DNA of 64,000 nucleotides from an uncultured Gaiellaceae bacterium (GCA_963802865.1 CAWDKB010000010.1:38731-102730), one strand, 5' to 3'; shown: positions 19,282-28,978, counted from the stretch's first letter. Notes: generated by a model from the sequence alone, not told the origin. Program-made: numbers and translations.

Positions 19282-21096
19282 GTGAGCGTGAGCCAGCGGT
19301 TCGTCGAACGTCTGCGCGACGGGCCGCCGATCGTGGCCGACGGCGGTATGGGCGCCCTCATCGGTGCGGCCGTCCCACGGTTGCGGTGTCCCGAGGAGGC
19401 GAACCTGCGCGCGCCGAAGGCTGTCGTCTCGCTGCACGTCGGCTTCATCGCCGCGGGAGCCGAGCTGATCGAGACGAACTCGTTCGGCGCCAACCGCACG
19501 AAGTTGCGCCAGCACTTCCTGGAGGACGAGCTCGAGGAGATCAACTCCGCGGCGATCAAGCTGGCCCGCGAGGCTCGGGAAGTCTCCGGCCGTGACGTCT
19601 TCATCGCGGGCTCGATCGGCCCGCTCGGCCAGACTGCGACCTCGCGCATCCGGCGCGAGGTCTTCGCGGAGCAGGCGCGAATCCTCGAAGGCCGCGGAGC
19701 GGATCTCTTCTCGATCGAGACGTTCTACGATCTGGACGAGATCCAGGATGCGATCGAGGCGGTTCGCTCCGTGTCGATGCTCCCGATCGTCGCGCTGATG
19801 ACCTTCGACGAGTCGGCGGAGACGCTCGCCGGCGTGACCGCGCGCGAGGCCGCCGAGCGGCTTCGCACACTCGACGTCGCCGCCATCGGCGCGAACCACG
19901 GAAGCGGCCTCCTTGCGGCTCTCGCAGCGCTCGAGCAGATGCGGGACGGCGAGCTCCCGCTCGCGACCCTGCCCAACATCGGGCTCGCGAGCCTCGCCGG
20001 TGGTCGCGTCATCTACCCGCATGCGACGCCCGAGTACTTCGCCGAGTTCGCCGCGCACGCGCGCGACCTCGGCGCCGGCCTCATCGGCGGCTGTTGCGGG
20101 ACGACCCCGGCGGAGATCGCAGCGATCCGATCGGCGGTCGACCAGGGCCAGCAACCGCGTGCGCCGCTCGAGTTCGCGGAACGGGAGCTCATCACGTCCC
20201 TCGGCGAGGAGCTGCTCGAGACGGGGCTCGCGCGCGCGTTTCGGGAGAACGAGTGGGTCGTCTCCGTGCAGCTCGACCCTCCACTCGGAAGCTCGCGGGC
20301 CGGACTGCTCGACACCGCACGCTCGCTGCACGAGTCGGGCCTCGTCGGCTTCGTGGACATCAACGACAACGCCACGGCGCGAGCCGGAATGAGCTCGCTC
20401 ATGGTGTCCGCGGCGATCGAGCGGGAGTGCGGGGTCGAGACCATCCCGCATCTGACGACGCGCGACTGGACGGTGATGGGACTCGAGTCGATGCTGCTCG
20501 GCGCGCACGCCGAGGGAGTGCGGAACGTCCTTGCGATCACCGGGGACCCGCCCGAGGTGGGCGACTACCCGGGAGCGCAAGGGGTGTACGAGATCGACGC
20601 CATCGGGCTGACGAAGCTCGTCTCGCAGCTCAACCGCGGGGAGGACTTCAACGGCCGCCCGATCGACGCGCCGACGTCGTTCTACGTCGGGGTGGCCGTG
20701 AACCCGACGGCCGACGACCTCGAGCTGGAGGTCGAGCGGTTCCGCGAGAAGCTCGCGGAAGGTGCGAAGTACGCGATGACGCAGATCGTCTTCGAGCTCG
20801 ACTCGCTCGAGCGCTTCGCGGAGCTGTTGGGCGGGACCTGGCCCATCCCGGTGCTCGTCGGCGTGTTCCCGCTGACGAGCCACCGGCTCGCGCTCCGGCT
20901 GCACAACGAGGTCCCGGGGATCCTCGTGCCCGAGGAGCTGCAGGAGCAGCTCGACCGCGCCGGCTCGTCCGCATCCGAGGTCGGGATGGCGCAGGCGAAG
21001 GAGCTGATCGATGCCGCCCGCGAGCGCTTCGCGGGTGTCTACGTGGTGGCGCCCTACCGGCGGCCGCTGGCCGTGCTCGACCTGCTCACTCCGTAG
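19282..21096 (+). CDS. bifunctional homocysteine S-methyltransferase / 5,10-methylenetetrahydrofolate reductase (YitJ-type)
   Basis: 604 aa. The N-terminal S-methyltransferase domain has ADGGMG, ETNSFGAN and GGCCGTTP. The C-terminal MTHFR domain has ITGDPP and the FPL.S... Confidence 0.9.
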   Translation: MSVSQRFVERLRDGPPIVADGGMGALIGAAVPRLRCPEEANLRAPKAVVSLHVGFIAAGAELIETNSFGANRTKLRQHFLEDELEEINSAAIKLAREAREVSGRDVFIAGSIGPLGQTATSRIRREVFAEQARILEGRGADLFSIETFYDLDEIQDAIEAVRSVSMLPIVALMTFDESAETLAGVTAREAAERLRTLDVAAIGANHGSGLLAALAALEQMRDGELPLATLPNIGLASLAGGRVIYPHATPEYFAEFAAHARDLGAGLIGGCCGTTPAEIAAIRSAVDQGQQPRAPLEFAERELITSLGEELLETGLARAFRENEWVVSVQLDPPLGSSRAGLLDTARSLHESGLVGFVDINDNATARAGMSSLMVSAAIERECGVETIPHLTTRDWTVMGLESMLLGAHAEGVRNVLAITGDPPEVGDYPGAQGVYEIDAIGLTKLVSQLNRGEDFNGRPIDAPTSFYVGVAVNPTADDLELEVERFREKLAEGAKYAMTQIVFELDSLERFAELLGGTWPIPVLVGVFPLTSHRLALRLHNEVPGILVPEELQEQLDRAGSSASEVGMAQAKELIDAARERFAGVYVVAPYRRPLAVLDLLTP

Positions 21097-22034
21097 CCCT
21101 TCGAGCCGACCGCATCCGCAAGCGCACTTCGCGGCTCCTCGCCTGCCCGCAGGCGCTCGAGAGCGAAGCCGAAGTCGTACAGCGGTAGCCATCCCAGCTC
21201 GTCCCGGGCCTTCGCGTTGACGTAGACACGCTCGATCGCAGGAAACATCCTCCACCCGCGCCGGCCGTACTCGTCCTCGTAGCCCGGGAAGAGGCGCGCG
21301 ACGACAGCGGCGGCATCCGTCCGCAGCTCGACGAGATCCGCCGCCGAGAACGGCGTGGTCGCGCTGACGACGTACCTCCCGAACCCGATGCCGGCTGCGC
21401 GCTCCAGCGCAAGCATGTGTGCGGAGACCGCGTCCGCGATGTCCACTCGACGATAGAGGAGCTCGTTGACCTTCGCGTTCGAGTCCTCGTAGGCAGCCGC
21501 GACCTCGCGCCGATCGTCCTCCTCCGGGAAGAAGCGCGAGGTGCGAAGCACCAGGCATGGAAGCCCGTGGTCCCTGTGCGCGAGCTCGCACAGGTCCTCG
21601 GCTGCGACCTTGGTGACCCCGTAGACGTTCCGCGGGACCGGTGCCACCTCCTCGGTGATCCACGTTGCCGGCTGCCCCGGCGGCGGCACCAGCGCTCGAC
21701 CGAACGCGCTCGTCGTGCTCGTGAAGACGAATGCGCGAACCCCGGCGGCCACTGCCTCCTCGAGGAGGTTGACCGTGCCGGAGACGTTGACGTCGACGAA
21801 CTCCTGCCACGACCTCACGCCGACGTGCGGTTTGTGCAGGCCAGCGGCGTGCAGCACCGCGTCGACCCCGTCCATGCACTCCCGCACGCGATCGCGATCG
21901 GCGATCGAGCCGACCACCGTCGTGAACGGCGACTCGACAACGTCCAGCGACACGACCTCGTGGCTCTCGATCTCGAGGGTGCGGACGAGCGCCTCGCCGA
22001 GGTGGCCGGAGCTACCCGTGACCAGGATCCTCAC
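21054..22034 (-). CDS. NAD-dependent epimerase/dehydratase family protein
   Basis: Begins MRILVTGSSGHLG (Rossmann fold), followed by the YGVTK catalytic motif. Confidence 0.85.
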   Translation of the reverse strand: MRILVTGSSGHLGEALVRTLEIESHEVVSLDVVESPFTTVVGSIADRDRVRECMDGVDAVLHAAGLHKPHVGVRSWQEFVDVNVSGTVNLLEEAVAAGVRAFVFTSTTSAFGRALVPPPGQPATWITEEVAPVPRNVYGVTKVAAEDLCELAHRDHGLPCLVLRTSRFFPEEDDRREVAAAYEDSNAKVNELLYRRVDIADAVSAHMLALERAAGIGFGRYVVSATTPFSAADLVELRTDAAAVVARLFPGYEDEYGRRGWRMFPAIERVYVNAKARDELGWLPLYDFGFALERLRAGEEPRSALADAVGSKGYGVSRSSTASGRR

Positions 22035-22055
22035 GGGTAGCTCCTGCGGACGGTC

Positions 22056-23516
22056 CTAGTACCGATACTGGTCGTTCTTGAACGGCCCCTCGACGGGGAT
22101 GCCGAGGTACGCGGCCTGCTCGGCACGCAGCTCGGTGAGATTCGCTCCGAGCGCATCTACGTGGAGCCGTGCGATCTTCTCGTCCAGCTGCTTCGGCAGC
22201 ACGTGCACGCCGATCGGATAGCTGTCCGTGTTCGTGTACAGCTCGATCTGCGCGACGGTCTGGTTCGAGAAGCTGTTCGACATGACGAAGCTCGGGTGCC
22301 CGGTGGCGTTCCCCAGGTTCAGGAGCCGGCCTTCGGAGAGCACGATGATCGCGCGCCCGTCCGGGTAGACCCACTGGTCGACCTGCGGCTTGATCGTGAC
22401 CCGCTCGATACCCGGCACCTGCGCGAGGCCGGCCATGTCGATCTCGTTGTCGAAGTGGCCGATGTTCCCGAGCACGGCGTTGTGCTTCATGCGATTCATG
22501 TGCTCGACCGTGACGACGTCGCGGTTGCCCGTCGCGGTGATGACCACGTCGGCCTGCTCGATCACGTCGTCGAGCGTCCGCACCTCGAGCCCGTTCATCA
22601 GCGCCTGCAGCGCGCAGATCGGGTCGATCTCGGTCACGACGACGCGGGCGCCCTGGGCCGACAGCGAGGCAGCCGAGCCCTTCCCGACGTCCCCGTACCC
22701 GCAGACGACGCACAGCTTTCCGGCCAGCATCAGGTCGACGGCGCGGTTGATGCCGTCCACGAGCGAGTGGCGGCAGCCGTAGAGGTTGTCGAACTTCGAC
22801 TTCGTGACCGAGTCGTTCACGTTGATCGCCGGGAACAGCAGCCGGCCGTCCTCGGCCATCTGCTGAAGGCGGTGCACGCCGGTCGTCGTCTCCTCGGTGA
22901 CGCCGAGGATGCCTTCGGCGATTCGCGTCCAGCGCTGCGGGTCGGCCTCGAGCGACGCCGTGAGGGCCTCGAGCACGATCCGGAACTCCTCCGAGTCGGC
23001 ACCTGCAGGGTCGGGGACTGCGCCCGCGCGCTCGAACTCGACGCCCTTGTGCACGAGCAGGGTTGCGTCGCCACCGTCGTCCAGGAGCATGTTCGGACCG
23101 CTCTCGGGCCACGTCAGCGCACGCTCGGTGCACCACCAGTACTCCTCGAGGGTCTCGCCCTTCCAGGCGAACACCGGGATCCCGCGCGGCTCCTCAGGCG
23201 TTCCCTCGAGCCCGACCGCGACGGCGGCAGCGGCGTGATCCTGCGTCGAGAAGATGTTGCAGGAGCACCAGCGCACCTCGGCACCGAGCGCGACCAGCGT
23301 CTCGATCAGCACGGCCGTCTGGATCGTCATATGCAGCGAGCCGGTGATGCGGGCGCCGGCGAGCGGCTGCGCCGCGGCGTACTCGCGCCGGAGCGACATC
23401 AGGCCCGGCATCTCGTGCTCGGCGAGCTCGATCTCCTTGCGGCCGAACGCCGCGAGCGAGAGGTCGGCGACGCGATAGTCCGCATCCGAGAGCGGACGAA
23501 GCGCAGTCTCTGTCAT
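22056..23516 (-). CDS. ahcY: adenosylhomocysteinase
   Basis: 486 aa with [36 protein letters not shown] and [14 protein letters not shown]. Confidence 0.97.
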   Translation of the reverse strand: MTETALRPLSDADYRVADLSLAAFGRKEIELAEHEMPGLMSLRREYAAAQPLAGARITGSLHMTIQTAVLIETLVALGAEVRWCSCNIFSTQDHAAAAVAVGLEGTPEEPRGIPVFAWKGETLEEYWWCTERALTWPESGPNMLLDDGGDATLLVHKGVEFERAGAVPDPAGADSEEFRIVLEALTASLEADPQRWTRIAEGILGVTEETTTGVHRLQQMAEDGRLLFPAINVNDSVTKSKFDNLYGCRHSLVDGINRAVDLMLAGKLCVVCGYGDVGKGSAASLSAQGARVVVTEIDPICALQALMNGLEVRTLDDVIEQADVVITATGNRDVVTVEHMNRMKHNAVLGNIGHFDNEIDMAGLAQVPGIERVTIKPQVDQWVYPDGRAIIVLSEGRLLNLGNATGHPSFVMSNSFSNQTVAQIELYTNTDSYPIGVHVLPKQLDEKIARLHVDALGANLTELRAEQAAYLGIPVEGPFKNDQYRY

Positions 23517-23585
23517 CGAAGTCTCCTGTTCTGAAGTGTCAGCGTGAGTCGTTCGCGAACCGGAGATGGTACGTGTCGCGCGGCC

Positions 23586-24527
23586 TTATCGACCCGTCCG
23601 CAGGGCGACGGGCTGAGCCTCGAAATGGGTCATCCGCTTGAAGTCGCCGAAGCGCGCCTCGATCTCGGGGAAGGTGAGCCGCTGCAAACGCTCGCTCCCG
23701 AACTCCTCGATCGTGAACGACGCGAGCACCGATCCGTAGACCGCAGCGCAACGCAGGGTCTGGTCGGTCATCCCGGCCTCGGACTGGCAGTCCAGGTACC
23801 CGAAGAACCCGCCGGCGAAAGCGTCTCCGGCTCCGGTGGGATCGACCACGGTCTCTAGCGGGTAGCCGGGAACGGAGAAGAAGCCGGCGTCCGTGAACAT
23901 CGCCGCGCCGTAGCGGCCCTGCTTGACGACGACGACACGCGGGCCGAGCGCGTGGATCTGCTGGACGGCGCGCGCGAGGTTGGGCTCCTCCGTCAGCATC
24001 CGCACCTCGCCGTCGTTCAGCACGAGCACGTCCACGAGACCCATCGTGCGGACGAGCGACTCGCGCGCCGAGGAGATCCAGTAGTTCATCGAGTCGAGGC
24101 CAACGACCGCGGCCTTCACGCACTGCTCGCGCACGCGGCGCTGGACGTCCGGCTGGATGTTGGCGAGAAACACGACCGACGCGTCACGCGCCGACGGAGA
24201 CAGCACGGGATCGAACTCGGCGAACACATTCAGCTGTGTGTCGAGCGTCTCCGCCGTCTGCATGTCCTCGTCGTAGCGGCCCGCCCAGAAGAAGGAGCGC
24301 GAGCCGTCGATGTGCTCCACATCGCCCAGGTCGACACCGCGCGCCTCGAACACCGCGCTCTCGTCCGCGCCGAAGTCCTCGCCAACGACGCCGACGACGC
24401 GGACGTCGGTGAAGAAGCTGGCAGCGAGCGAGAAGTGCGTGGCGGCGCCGCCGAGAATGCGCTCGCGACTACCGAACGGCGTCTCGAGCGCGTCGAACGC
24501 GACAGAGCCGACGACGGTGACCGCCAT
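23586..24527 (-). CDS. PfkB family carbohydrate/nucleoside kinase (possible adenosine kinase)
   Basis: The internal ATG at 24527 gives MAVTVVGSVAFD. The PfkB C-terminal motif DPTGAGDAFAGG is present. Confidence 0.8.
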   Translation of the reverse strand: MAVTVVGSVAFDALETPFGSRERILGGAATHFSLAASFFTDVRVVGVVGEDFGADESAVFEARGVDLGDVEHIDGSRSFFWAGRYDEDMQTAETLDTQLNVFAEFDPVLSPSARDASVVFLANIQPDVQRRVREQCVKAAVVGLDSMNYWISSARESLVRTMGLVDVLVLNDGEVRMLTEEPNLARAVQQIHALGPRVVVVKQGRYGAAMFTDAGFFSVPGYPLETVVDPTGAGDAFAGGFFGYLDCQSEAGMTDQTLRCAAVYGSVLASFTIEEFGSERLQRLTFPEIEARFGDFKRMTHFEAQPVALRTGR

Positions 24528-24534
24528 CGGACCC

Positions 24535-25813
24535 TTAGGCGACGGCCTGCGGCTCGTGCACCGCCAGCCCGGCCGCCTGCCGGAGGAGCTCCGCCTTGTC
24601 GGTTCGCTCCCAGGTGAAGTCGTGGTCGTCGCGGCCGAAGTGGCCGTAGGCCGCGGTCTTCGCGTAGATCGGTCGCCGGAGGTCGAGGTCGCGCAGGATC
24701 GCAGCCGGGCGCAGATCGAAGTGCTCGACGACGAGGTCACGGATGCGGGCGACCGGGATCGTCTCCGTGCCGAAGCACTGGATCTGGATCGAGAACGGGT
24801 GCGCGATCCCGATCGCGTACGCGACCTGGAGCTCGCACCGGTCCGCCAGACCCGCGGCGACGACGTTCTTCGCCACGTAGCGGGCGGCGTACGCTGCAGA
24901 GCGGTCGACCTTCGTCGGATCCTTGCCGGAGAACGCGCCGCCGCCGTGACGGGCGGAGCCGCCGTAGGTGTCGACGATGATCTTGCGTCCGGTGAGACCC
25001 GTGTCCCCCATAGGGCCGCCCACCACGAACCGACCGGTCGGGTTCACGTACACGAAGTCCTTGTGCTCGAGCCGAGCCTCGTCGTACATGTCGCGCGGCA
25101 GGATCGGGTGGAGGACGCGCTCGATCAGGTCCGGCTTGATGAGCGCCTCAGAGTCGAGGTCGTCGGCATGCTGCGTCGAGATGAGCACCCGCTCGATCTC
25201 GACTGGGCGCTGCCGACCGTGCTCGTCGACCTCGTAGCGAACCGTGACCTGCGCCTTGCCGTCCGGCCGCAGGTACTTGAGCTCGTCGGCCTTGCGCACC
25301 TCGGCGAGGCGCTTGCAGATGCGGTGCGCGAGCGTGATCGGCAACGGCATCAGCTCGTCGGTCTCACGACACGCGTACCCGAACATCATCCCCTGGTCGC
25401 CGGCGCCGAGCTTGTCGAGCGGATCGTCGTCGGCGGGGTCGTGCTGCGCCTCGAACGAGGTGTCGACACCTTGCGCGATGTCCTTCGACTGCTCGTCGAC
25501 CGCGACGAGCACGCTGCACGTATTCGCGTCGAAGCCGTAGTCGGCGCGCGTGTACCCGATCTCCGCGATCTTGGCCCGCGCGATGCGCGGGATGTCCACG
25601 TACGTCGACGTCGTGATCTCGCCGCCGACGAGAACGAGGCCCGTCGTCAGGAAGGTCTCGCACGCGACTCGCGCGTGACGGGTCCTCGGCGAGGATGGCG
25701 TCGAGAACCGCGTCGGACACCTGGTCGGCGATCTTGTCGGGGTGGCCCTCCGTGACGGACTCGGAGGTGAAATGGAAGCCGTCCGGGGTGTCCGGCGGAG
25801 AGTCATGCGTCAT
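24535..25813 (-). pseudogene. metK: S-adenosylmethionine synthetase, frame interrupted by a 1-nt insertion as sequenced (possibly a sequencing error)
   Basis: The N-terminus [31 protein letters not shown] is in the frame starting at 25813. [22 protein letters not shown] and the remaining ~380 aa are in the frame of ORF 24535..25806. The shift is at about 25678, and the length is 3n+1. Confidence 0.9.
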
Positions 25814-25879
25814 GAGTGGAGATCCTAGGCTCGAGGGCGGACCGGCAGGAAGGTCGGATCGTAACTAATCTACGGGCGA

Positions 25880-26383
25880 ATGCCCAGGGCATCGAAGACC
25901 GTTCGGTTGAGCGCGAAGATCCCGTCTCTGGACCGAACGGATCGTCAACTTCTCGCTGCTTTGCAGAACAATGCGCGGATCTCGAATAAGGAGCTGGCCG
26001 CCTCGATCGGAATCGCCCCCTCGACGTGCCACGAACGACTGCGCCGGCTGCGCGCCCAGGGCGTGGTCCGGGGCTTTCACGCCGACGTGGATCCTGCGCT
26101 TCTCGGACGCCCGGCCCAGGCGCTGATCGCCGTTCGACTCGCCGCTCACCATCGCCACGAGATCGCTGCGTTCCACGACCACGTCGTCGCGCTGCCCGAA
26201 TCGTTGGCGGTGTTCCACGTCACGGGCGACGACGACTATCTCGTCCATGTTGCCGTGCGCGATACGGACGACCTGCGCCGGCTCGTCCTCGACGAGTTGA
26301 CTGCGCGGCCCGAGGTGCAGCACGTCGAGACACGCCTCATCTTCGAGTTCGTCCGGAAGCCCGTGCAGGAGCCGCTGGAATAG
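25880..26383 (+). CDS. Lrp/AsnC family transcriptional regulator
   Basis: Contains LDRTDRQLLAALQNNARISNKELAASIGIAPSTCHERLRRL plus an RAM domain. Confidence 0.9.
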   Translation: MPRASKTVRLSAKIPSLDRTDRQLLAALQNNARISNKELAASIGIAPSTCHERLRRLRAQGVVRGFHADVDPALLGRPAQALIAVRLAAHHRHEIAAFHDHVVALPESLAVFHVTGDDDYLVHVAVRDTDDLRRLVLDELTARPEVQHVETRLIFEFVRKPVQEPLE

Positions 26384-26912
26384 CGAAGGCGAGGTCGGCG
26401 TAGGAGCCCTCTACGCTGTCCGCCGGGTCGAGAGCAAGCAGTCGGAAGACGCGGTCGTGCTCGGCGTGCTCGGCCGGGGTCGGAGCGCCCGCGCACACCG
26501 TCTCGAGCTCGACGAAGTCACCCAGCCCGACCACGCTGTCGAGGTGGATCCGCGTCGCGCCGACGAGCCAGAGCCCTCTGTCCTTCTCGACCACGCCTCG
26601 AATGCCGTGGTCGGCAGCGAGCTGCGCTCGTGTCTCCGTTGCGTCGACGACCTCGGTCCGCTCATACGCGCTCACGCGCGCCCCGGCCTCGTCCGGGCGC
26701 TCGTAGCGGATCAGCTCGCCCTTAGCGGACGTGTCGCCCGCCGGCTGGGTGTGCACGATCTCGCGGAGCTTGAGCCTGCCCTGCTCAACGGCGAAGTACG
26801 TGTCGACCTGGTGCAGCCGACCTTGGTAGCGAGCGCCCGCTACCGCGGCGAGCTCGGCGACCTCCCCGAGATCCGCGCAGCGCGTCTTGCTCTCGACGTT
26901 GACCCCGATCAT
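26337..26912 (-). CDS. CYTH domain protein (class IV adenylate cyclase / triphosphatase-like)
   Basis: Contains VESKTR, Q.DTYF, RLKLREI, LIRYER, IHLD and VELE, a CYTH-like pattern. Its ATG overlaps the upstream stop (ATGA). Confidence 0.8.
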   Translation of the reverse strand: MIGVNVESKTRCADLGEVAELAAVAGARYQGRLHQVDTYFAVEQGRLKLREIVHTQPAGDTSAKGELIRYERPDEAGARVSAYERTEVVDATETRAQLAADHGIRGVVEKDRGLWLVGATRIHLDSVVGLGDFVELETVCAGAPTPAEHAEHDRVFRLLALDPADSVEGSYADLAFAIPAAPARASGRTRR

Positions 26913-28043
26913 CGGGCGCAGTCTGTCGCGGCGACGGGCCGGCTGCCCGCCTTGCGAACGACTGCGCTCACGAGGTCGGACGGGATCCCGTAACCCCCGA
27001 GCTCGCCCGGCCTGCGCCCGAACACCGTCGTTCGCACCCTGCCCGCGCCGTCGATTCCCGGCCCGCCCGAGCTTCCCGGCCCGACCGCGCCCCTGAGAGC
27101 CGTGACCCGTCTCGTGATCGGACCGTCACCGTACGCGTCGCGGCTGAGGATCGCTCGCGTTCCGCCGAGCCGCCCCGGCGTGAGCGTGAGCGGCCCGTTC
27201 CCCGGGTAGCCGACGAGGGCGACTGCGGTTCCACGCTCTGGCTCGGCCTGGAGCAGAGGCTTGCCCCGAAGACCGGGCGCACGCAGCACGGCGAGGTCGT
27301 TGCGTCGCGTCGAAGGCGACGACCGTCGCCGTGTGGGCGGACCCGTCGAAGCGGTCGATACGGGGTCGCTCGATGCCGGCGACGACGTGCGCGTTCGTCA
27401 CGACCAGACCCGGCGCGGCGACCCAGCCGGAGCCCTCGATGCCGAGCCCGCAGGCGATTCCGGTGACGCGTACGACGCTCTTCGACGCGCGGACGACGTC
27501 CGGATCCCTCGCCAGCTTGGAATCAGGCCGCGGGACGATCGCGGGCGGCCCCAGGAACACTCCGATCGGATCGACGCGCTCGAGCGTCTCGAGCACGCGC
27601 TCGGGCGGTACCACGTCGTTGATCTCCGACAGGATCGTCGACCGCTGCACCGCCCGTCGGAGATCGGACTGCCCAGGGACGTAGAGGAGCACGGCGCCGA
27701 TCGCCCAGCAGAGGAACACACCCGCGGCGACCCCCAACACGAGACCCGCGATCCGGTCGAGGAACCGCAGGCCGGGGATCACGCCCAGGCTGGTCCGCAG
27801 GAAGCTCGCGAGCAGACCGGCGAGCCCGCGCATGAGCATGCCGCCGACGATCGCTCCGGCGAGCGCCACTACGGGCACGTACGGCGACGCGTCGGTCAGG
27901 AGCGCGGGTGCGATCCGCGCCCCGAGGTACGCGCCGACCGCGAAGCCGGCGAGCGAGAACGCGCCGCGGAGGAAGCCGGTCGCGACGCCGTACAGGGCGG
28001 AGAACGCGATGACGCCGATGACGACCCAGTCCGCGGTGGACAC
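26909..28043 (-). pseudogene. CvpA-family membrane domain fused to a trypsin-like serine protease (MarP-like), frame interrupted by a 1-nt insertion as sequenced
   Basis: Four transmembrane helices, then TNAHVV (His) in ORF 27126..28043. NDLAVLRAP (Asp) and GPGSSGGPGID (Ser) are in ORF 26909..27289. The junction is at about 27302, and the length is 3n+1. Confidence 0.8.
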
Positions 28044-28106
28044 GTTCCGAGAGGCTACGTCCCGCGGCCTCCGATCCCTGCCGCGCGGCTACACTTCCCC
28101 GGCCCA

Positions 28107-28182
<76 letters not shown>

Positions 28183-28241
28183 CTTTGTTCAAGACATTCG
28201 CGCCGCGATGGAGAGCCTGTCAAGGTCGGCCGAATCGTGGA

Positions 28242-28261
28242 TTGGTCAGATTTGGTCAGAT
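28242..28261. repeat. tandem 10-bp repeat (TTGGTCAGAT x2)
   Basis: Read directly from the sequence. It lies next to the integrase remnant stop in a locally low-GC stretch. Confidence 0.6.
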
Positions 28262-28262
28262 C

Positions 28263-28440
28263 TCAGACACGAACCAGACCACCCAGAGCAGCAGCCAGGC
28301 GCTCGCCAACCTGATCCCGACGCCGGGCGGTCTCAAACTCATGGACATACACGTCCATCGTGATCGAGGGCCGCGCATGCCCTAGCTGCCGCTGCACCCC
28401 AACCGGGTCGAGTCCGCTCCCCGAGTGTGCGGGAATGTCG
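28263..28440 (-). pseudogene. C-terminal remnant of a tyrosine recombinase (phage-type integrase)
   Basis: The translation is ..GLDPVGVQRQLGHARPSITMDVYVHEFETARRRDQV..*, which matches integrase box II with the catalytic Tyr. There is no N-terminal or core-binding part and no start codon. Confidence 0.6.
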
Positions 28441-28447
28441 CTTGAGC
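28420..28447 (+). repeat. 28-bp direct repeat, copy 1 (CCCGAGTGTGCGGGAATGTCGCTTGAGC)
   Basis: 27 of 28 positions are identical to 28951..28978. Confidence 0.8.
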
Positions 28448-28472
28448 TGTCTGCGGCGAGGGACGACGGCAG

Positions 28473-28870
28473 CTAGGTCTTAGGCGCGCCGTGTTCGAGC
28501 TGGCGGTCGTATTCGTCCTGGTCGTAGCTGCCGCGCGACACGGCGACGAGGCCATCGTCTCCGAAGGTCCACTCCTCGGAGCCGGTGATCCGGACGGCCT
28601 GTCCGGTACCGCTCGGCCCGTGTTCGTGCCTGTGAACGTCCAGTGATACTCGACCGTCTCGTCGTTGAAGAGGACGTCGTCCATGAAGACCTGAATGTCC
28701 GGAAAAGCCTCGATGAACGAACGAGCGACCTCCGTGACCTCGGTCGGCTCGCCGCCGTTGGTCGCGATCGTCCCGCCGCTCACGAAGTGATCGGCAACCC
28801 TCTTGGGGTCGTGCCACGCGTCGGTGTAGCTGCGGGCGGACTCACGTATCCGAGCCTGATCGTGCGCCAC
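28473..28870 (-). pseudogene. SnoaL-like/ester cyclase-like protein, frame broken by a 1-nt deletion as sequenced
   Basis: The N-terminal 85 aa are in ORF 28382..28870 (..EYHWTFTGTNTG). The C-terminal PSGTGQAVRITGSEEWTFGDDGLVA.. is in ORF 28473..28817. The junction is near 28615, and the length is 3n-1. Confidence 0.6.
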
Positions 28871-28950
28871 CGGTGCCTCCTGTCGTCGAGATCGCGCTGC
28901 ACGACGGCTCGACCCTAGTGCGCACGTTCTGGTGAGACAACATCGGCGTG

Positions 28951-28978
28951 CCCGAGTATGCGGGAATGTCGCTTGAGC
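28951..28978 (+). repeat. 28-bp direct repeat, copy 2 (CCCGAGTATGCGGGAATGTCGCTTGAGC)
   Basis: See copy 1. Confidence 0.8.

Noticed and set aside
19240-21879. 879-aa ORF on the minus strand
   Set aside because: It is antisense to the well-supported methyltransferase/MTHFR gene and the SDR gene. Its composition is Arg/Gly/Pro-rich with no recognisable motif, which is the typical shadow ORF of high-GC DNA. The same reasoning applies to 3009..5004 (+), 8609..10243 (-), 11011..12282 (+), 14824..16209 (+), 22161..23534 (+), 24310..25755 (+), 34467..36086 (-), 36188..37258 (-), 45223..46614 (-), 47384..49300 (+), 59466..61049 (-), 61142..62584 (-) and 63084..63938 (-).
26337-26383. 47-nt convergent overlap of the Lrp and CYTH gene ends as a sign of another frameshift
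   Set aside because: Both frames give sensible C-termini up to their stops (..SYADL.. for CYTH and ..IFEFVRKP.. for Lrp). I found no alternative frame with better sequence, so it is treated as a genuine 3' overlap.
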